DNA from: Candidatus Krumholzibacteriia bacterium
GTDB lineage: Bacteria > Krumholzibacteriota > Krumholzibacteriia > JAJRXK01
DNA: 64,000 nt
Assembly: GCA_041484665.1 (NCBI GenBank)
Contig: JBGPIA010000010.1
Location: forward strand, 32,001-96,000
Reading direction: 5' to 3'
Position numbers and translations under genes: made by a program. Shown here in pieces: positions 59,535 to 64,000 of the stretch (its first letter is position 1; each line of letters opens with the position of its first letter). The notes beneath the pieces are model-generated. The model did no database searches. It saw nothing but the letters and a program-made list of their open reading frames with translations, and had not been told where the DNA came from.

Positions 59535-60932
59535 TCATGCGCCGGGGCGTCCGCCGTACCCCGGCTTGCCCAGCAGACGGAAGAGGTTCGTCTTGTACGC
59601 CTCCACCCCCGGCTGGTCGAAGGGGTTCACCCCGAGCAGCCGGCCGCTCACGGCCACGGCGTACTCGAAGAAATACAGCAGGCTGCCCAACGCCGCTTCT
59701 TCCAGCGCCGGCAGGGTCACCGTCATGCTCGGCACGCCACCGTCACCGTGCGCCTGCGCGACCGCCGCCAGCGCCTGGGCGTTCACCGCACCCACCGGGC
59801 GGCCCGCCAGGTACTCCAGCCCGTCGAGATCCTCGCCCTGCGCCGGGATCGCCGGCCCCTCGGGCGCGCCTCGCACCTCCAGGAACGTCTCCAGCAGGAA
59901 ACGGCGACCTTCCTGCATGTACTGGCCCATCGAGTGCAGGTCGGTCGTGAAATCGAGCGCTGCCGGGAACAGCCCGCGCCCGCGCTTGCCCTCGCTCTCG
60001 CCGAAGAGCTGCTTCCACCACTCCGCGACGTAGTGCAGGGACGGGTGGAAGCTCGCCAGCACCTCGACCGCGAAACCCTGGAGCGACAGCACATAGCGAG
60101 CGGCAGCGTAGCGCACCGCGGGGATCGCAGTGACATCCGCCACATTCGCCGGGTCGGCTCCCGCGCAGCGCTGCGCCTCGGCCGCCGCGCCCGCGAGCAG
60201 CGCGTCCACGTCGACCCCCGCCACAGCCAACGGCAACAGCCCCACCGGTGTGAGCACCGAGAAGCGGCCACCCACGTCGTCGGGCACGATGAACGTCTCG
60301 TAGCCCATGCGTCCCGCGAGGGTGCGCAGCGCGCCTTTGCGCGCGTCGGTCGTGGCCACGATGCGCCCGCGGGCCTTCTGCGGGCCGTACTGCTCTTCCA
60401 GCGCGCGGCGCAGCAGGCGGAAGGCCACCGCCGGCTCGGTGGTCGTGCCGCTCTTGGAGATGACGTTCACCGCGACCTCGCGGCCGCGCAGGCCCTCGAG
60501 CAGGTCGTGGTAATAGCTGCCCTCGAGATGATGGCCCGCCCACACGACGCGCGGGCCCAGTGGCCGCTTGGCGCGCTTGGCGTCGTAGTCGAGGCGGTGT
60601 TGGCTCGCCTCGAGCACTGCGCGGGCACCGAGGTAGCTGCCGCCGATGCCGATCACGACCAGCGTATCGATCTCCCCGCGCAGGCGGCGGGCGCACTCCA
60701 GCAGCCGGCGGTGCTCGTCCTGTTGCTCGCGGGCGCGGTGGTGCGGCAGATCGATCCAGCCCAGCGCATCGGCGCCGGGGCCGGCCCGCTGCCGCAGGCT
60801 CGCGATCGCCGCCGCCAGAGCCGGCTGCAGCGCCGCGAGATCGCCGGGCCGCAATGCCCCACCCAGGCGCTCGGTGGAAAGGCGGATCAGTGAACTGTCG
60901 GCCAAGCTGGCCTTGCTTCTCGGATCAGCCAC
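59535..60932 (-). CDS. pgi: Glucose-6-phosphate isomerase
   Basis: IGIGGSYLG, ISKSGTTTE, VGGRFSV, QLFGESEGK, DLHSMGQ and NPFDQPGVEAYK. Start uncertain. Confidence 0.96.
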   Translation of the reverse strand: MADPRSKASLADSSLIRLSTERLGGALRPGDLAALQPALAAAIASLRQRAGPGADALGWIDLPHHRAREQQDEHRRLLECARRLRGEIDTLVVIGIGGSYLGARAVLEASQHRLDYDAKRAKRPLGPRVVWAGHHLEGSYYHDLLEGLRGREVAVNVISKSGTTTEPAVAFRLLRRALEEQYGPQKARGRIVATTDARKGALRTLAGRMGYETFIVPDDVGGRFSVLTPVGLLPLAVAGVDVDALLAGAAAEAQRCAGADPANVADVTAIPAVRYAAARYVLSLQGFAVEVLASFHPSLHYVAEWWKQLFGESEGKRGRGLFPAALDFTTDLHSMGQYMQEGRRFLLETFLEVRGAPEGPAIPAQGEDLDGLEYLAGRPVGAVNAQALAAVAQAHGDGGVPSMTVTLPALEEAALGSLLYFFEYAVAVSGRLLGVNPFDQPGVEAYKTNLFRLLGKPGYGGRPGA

Positions 60933-61707
60933 GATCGGCCTCCCTGCAGGGTTTCCCCGAGCGCGCGTCGGCGGCCGCCTGCGCCGCGACCTGCGCAAGC
61001 GCTGCCACCCAGGCGTGGAGCTGGTGCTCGACCGCGCGCCGTAAACGGCCGGGGGTCCATCGTACGCCAACGCCGGTCAGCGATTCCCGTGCGCGGATCT
61101 CGCAGCGTCCGGGAAGCTCCACGGCGGCGGCGCCCGCGCCGGTCGCGGCACCGGCAGCGCCCGCGGCATCGGCAGCGGTCGCGGCACCGGCAGCGCCCGT
61201 GCCGGTCGCGGTGGTCGCGCCGGTCGCGGTGGTCGCGGTGGTCGCGGCAGTCGCGCCTTCCGCGATCAACGGCCAGAGCTCCCAGACGTGCGACGCTGCG
61301 ATGCCCGGCGCCCGAGCATCCCATGCCAGCCGCCACGGCGGCTGGATCGTGCGCAGCGTGGAGACGACGGGGAGGCCCGCACAAATCCAGCGGAAGCGCG
61401 CGCCGACGAGGAATGCGCCCTCCAGATCCGCCCGGCGCACGCGCGGGACCCACTGTGGCCAGCGCGGTATGTCGGTCAGCAGCTCCCAAACGAGCTGGGC
61501 GGGCGAGTCGATGACGGCCGCCGCCTGTGCGACGATGGGAGCGGAACGGTCGATGTCGAAGCACGGGCGAGCCAGCTCGCGGGACGCCTGGACGCTGGCG
61601 GGCGGCGGCTGCTGCGATTCGAGGGAGGGACGCGCGCTGCCGGCAACGGACGCTGGCGCCGCGCGCCCGGGGGCGGGCGCTGCGGCGAGCGAGCCGCGAT
61701 CGCTCAC
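60925..61707 (-). CDS. SRPBCC (polyketide cyclase/dehydrase-like) family protein with Ala/Thr/Gly repeat insertion
   Basis: IDSPAQLVWELLTDIPRWPQW..GARFRW..ASHVWEL..RESLTG; GTGA overlap. Confidence 0.75.
   Translation of the reverse strand: MSDRGSLAAAPAPGRAAPASVAGSARPSLESQQPPPASVQASRELARPCFDIDRSAPIVAQAAAVIDSPAQLVWELLTDIPRWPQWVPRVRRADLEGAFLVGARFRWICAGLPVVSTLRTIQPPWRLAWDARAPGIAASHVWELWPLIAEGATAATTATTATGATTATGTGAAGAATAADAAGAAGAATGAGAAAVELPGRCEIRARESLTGVGVRWTPGRLRRAVEHQLHAWVAALAQVAAQAAADARSGKPCREADRG
61122..61255 (-). repeat. 9-bp-period coding repeat (TAT/GAT/GAA units)
   Basis: Repeated GGTCGCGGT / GGTCGCGGC / CCGGCAGCG units. Confidence 0.85.
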
Positions 61708-62501
61708 ACCTGCGTGCCCTGCGGCATGGCGACGTCCGCAGGCCCTTGCTCGGTGAACATGCGCAGCGCGCGCTGCAGCACCTCGCGCTGCTCGGCCGCC
61801 TGTCCCGGTGCGCCGAACAGCGCACCCTCTTGGCCGCCCGTGGCGAGGATGCGCGGCGCGCGCACCGCGCGCACGACCTCACGGAACACGCTCGGGACGA
61901 CCGTGGCGATTCCCGAGCCCTCCAGCATGCGCGCCAGCAGCGCCGCCGTCTGATGGTCGAGGCGCCGCGCGGGAAGGATCAACGCCGCCGTGGCGCCCTG
62001 GCGCTCCACTTCGCGCAGGACGGCAGGGGCGAGCTCCTCGACGACTTTGCAGGCATCAAGAATGCGGCCGTGCAGTGAGATGACCTCCGGAGCCGCCTCC
62101 TCGAAAATCCCCGCGCCGATCATGTCGTCGAGGTGGTAGAGCGGCAGGAGCACCTGTGGGTCGCGGTCAGCCGGCGGGTCGGTGCCCAGCGACGGCGTGA
62201 ACGCGACATCGGACAGATCGACCTCGGCGGGAATCGTGCGCAGCGACAGGTCGCGGCCCGACTCCTCGAACGGCGGCTGCTCCCCCGGGAGATAGGCGCC
62301 GGCCGTGGTGACAACGGCCAGGCGCGTCAGCAGCAGTTGGCGAGGCTGGGCGCAGGGGCAGTTCTCGTTGCGCACGAAGGGATAGCTTTCGAGCGCTTCG
62401 GCCCAGCGGCTGCCGGCGGTCGCCATCCAGGTGCGCAAACGCTCCATCCACGCGGCGGGGTTCTCGAGGATCGCGGGTTGCTGGAGGGGATGGGCCTGCA
62501 T
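61704..62501 (-). CDS. Glycine/sarcosine/betaine reductase selenoprotein B / PrdB-like protein lacking the U/C-x-x-C motif
   Basis: RLAVVTTAG..QPPF..DLSLRTIP..DRDPQVLLPL..LILPA-RRLD-HQT..LARMLEGSGIATV..PR..GAPG...QREVL. Confidence 0.72.
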   Translation of the reverse strand: MQAHPLQQPAILENPAAWMERLRTWMATAGSRWAEALESYPFVRNENCPCAQPRQLLLTRLAVVTTAGAYLPGEQPPFEESGRDLSLRTIPAEVDLSDVAFTPSLGTDPPADRDPQVLLPLYHLDDMIGAGIFEEAAPEVISLHGRILDACKVVEELAPAVLREVERQGATAALILPARRLDHQTAALLARMLEGSGIATVVPSVFREVVRAVRAPRILATGGQEGALFGAPGQAAEQREVLQRALRMFTEQGPADVAMPQGTQV

Positions 62502-62725
62502 CGCTGTCTGATTGTAGCGATTCACGGCGATGCGATCCAGGGCGTTGTTGGGCTGCGGCCGCCGGCGGTGGGCAGGCCAACCTGTTGGAGGGAGCCTGGT
62601 TGCGGAGGCAGCCGGGCGCTCGGTCGGCCCCGCGGAGCGCTTCTCTTGGCACTCGCCGCGAGCGACCGCTCGGGACCCTTCAGCGCTGCTGCATCCAGGC
62701 GAGCGCGGGCCTCCAGGGAACGATG

Positions 62726-63655
62726 TCAGCTTGCGCCGTCGTTTCCCGGTGGCACCGGCCGCAGCCGCCCGCGCAGCGCGGCAGCGACGCCTCCGAGGAT
62801 GAACGTCGCCGACACCACCAGTCGCAGGGTCACGTGCTCGCCGAGGAACGCGACCCCGCCCAGAGCAGCAAGCACCGGAACGGCGAGTTGCACCGTGGCG
62901 GCGCGCGTGGCGGTGAGCCCGGGCAGGGCCGCGTACCAAATCGCATAGCCGAGCCCCGACGTCACCGCTCCCGAGAGCACGGCCAGCAGCGCTCCCCGCG
63001 GCGAGACGTGGAGAGCGCGCAGGCAGAGCAGGCTCACGGCCAGCGCCAACGGCGCGGCGCGCGCGAAGTTTCCCGCAGTGATCGCCAGCGGCCGGCCGGC
63101 CCCACGGCCCCGCAGCGAGTAGACGCCCCACGCCATGCCTGCGACCGCCATCAACAGCGAGCCGGCGGGCGCCGGCGCGCGCAGACCGGGCAAGACGAGC
63201 ACGATGAGTCCGGCAATCGCGATGATCAGCCCCCACCACTCGAGCCGGTGAGGGCGCTCGCCGCCGCGTAACCCGACCGCGATCATGGTGGCCTGCACCG
63301 CCCCGAACAGAATGAGCGCGCCCGTCCCCGCGCTCAGGCTGAGGTAGGCGAATGCGAAGGGCACCGCGTACAGGAAGAGCGCCGCAGCGGAGCGCCAGCT
63401 TCCCGCGGGGCGGACGCGTCGCGCAGGGCCGGCGGTGCGTTCGTCGTCGGGGGCAGGGCCACGGCCGTCGCGGCGGTCACCGCGGCCGCGGCTGACCAGC
63501 GCGAGCAGCGAGAGCAACGCCAGCGCACCGGATGCGAGGCGGATGGTGGCGAAGCTCGCCGCATCGATCGCCCGGCCGCCCAGCGCCAGCCGACACAGGA
63601 CCGAGTTGGCGGCAAACGCCACGAGTGCAGAGAGGGTGAGCAGGACGGTACGCAT
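62726..63655 (-). CDS. DMT/EamA family transporter
   Basis: AFAANSVLCR, GTGALILFGAVQ and SGLGYAIWY..AATVQLAVP. Confidence 0.92.
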   Translation of the reverse strand: MRTVLLTLSALVAFAANSVLCRLALGGRAIDAASFATIRLASGALALLSLLALVSRGRGDRRDGRGPAPDDERTAGPARRVRPAGSWRSAAALFLYAVPFAFAYLSLSAGTGALILFGAVQATMIAVGLRGGERPHRLEWWGLIIAIAGLIVLVLPGLRAPAPAGSLLMAVAGMAWGVYSLRGRGAGRPLAITAGNFARAAPLALAVSLLCLRALHVSPRGALLAVLSGAVTSGLGYAIWYAALPGLTATRAATVQLAVPVLAALGGVAFLGEHVTLRLVVSATFILGGVAAALRGRLRPVPPGNDGAS

Positions 63656-63764
63656 CGTTGGGCGCCAACCGGCTTACGCGTTGGTGGGCCAGCTCTCGTC
63701 GAGAGCCGGCCTTCCACCTCCACAACCGGCTCGTGCGCGGATCACAGCGGGGGAAGCCCGGCAA

Positions 63765-64000
63765 TCACTCCTCTGCCTGCAGCCCGAACCGCACCCCCCG
63801 CAGCCCCTTGAGCACGGCGGCCACGCGCGCGTGCGAGAGGACGATGTCGGGCGAGCGTTGCAACGCGTCGTGGTACTGCAAACGGAAGCCGGTCGGGTCC
63901 GCGTCGGACCCGAGCAGCAGCCTGTCCGCCGTCTCGATGACCGTCTCCGCTTGACCGCTCACGGGCTCGTCGAGGACTTCGTCCAGCGAAGCAATGAGCG
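63765..64000 (-). CDS. Hypothetical protein, 3' end only
   Basis: Frame open to the window edge: LIASLDEVLDEPVSGQAE...YHDALQRSPDIVLSH...AEE*. Confidence 0.55.
   Translation of the reverse strand, partial: LIASLDEVLDEPVSGQAETVIETADRLLLGSDADPTGFRLQYHDALQRSPDIVLSHARVAAVLKGLRGVRFGLQAEE

Overview
A GC-rich bacterial chromosomal window with about 55 genes. I found no rRNA, tRNA, CRISPR array, integrase or transposase. Three secreted proteins with FlgD-Ig/T9SS-like C-terminal domains and two Omp85 paralogues suggest a diderm of the FCB-associated candidate phyla, such as Eisenbacteria, Krumholzibacteriota or Latescibacterota (inference only). Contents: (1) a dehydrogenase / HMG-CoA-lyase-like / family III CoA-transferase operon; (2) envelope-modifying enzymes (GT39, sulfatase-like, GT2, TIGR04282-like, flippase); (3) a TlpA-DUF4266-DUF3570-ApbE flavinylation module; (4) housekeeping genes (mscL, tag, fabH, hsp20, speB, phosphohexomutase, DapA-like, NCS1, pgi); (5) an ABC / FG-GAP / Omp85 / selD run, with selD carrying an in-frame UGA and a SECIS-like hairpin; (6) a NYN-S1 fusion; (7) a type III PKS plus methyltransferase pair; (8) a hybrid histidine kinase. 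The most striking unexplained signal is a ~270-nt non-coding rod-like inverted repeat at 20763-21028, with perfect 22, 14 and 12 bp stems on one axis, upstream of a small Zn-finger gene. Also notable are a single in-frame TAG splitting an otherwise intact DUF4287/DUF5655-like gene, a PrdB/GrdB-like protein lacking its U/C-x-x-C motif, and frequent in-frame tandem-repeat insertions. Family names come from motif recognition without database searches, and several start codons are best guesses.
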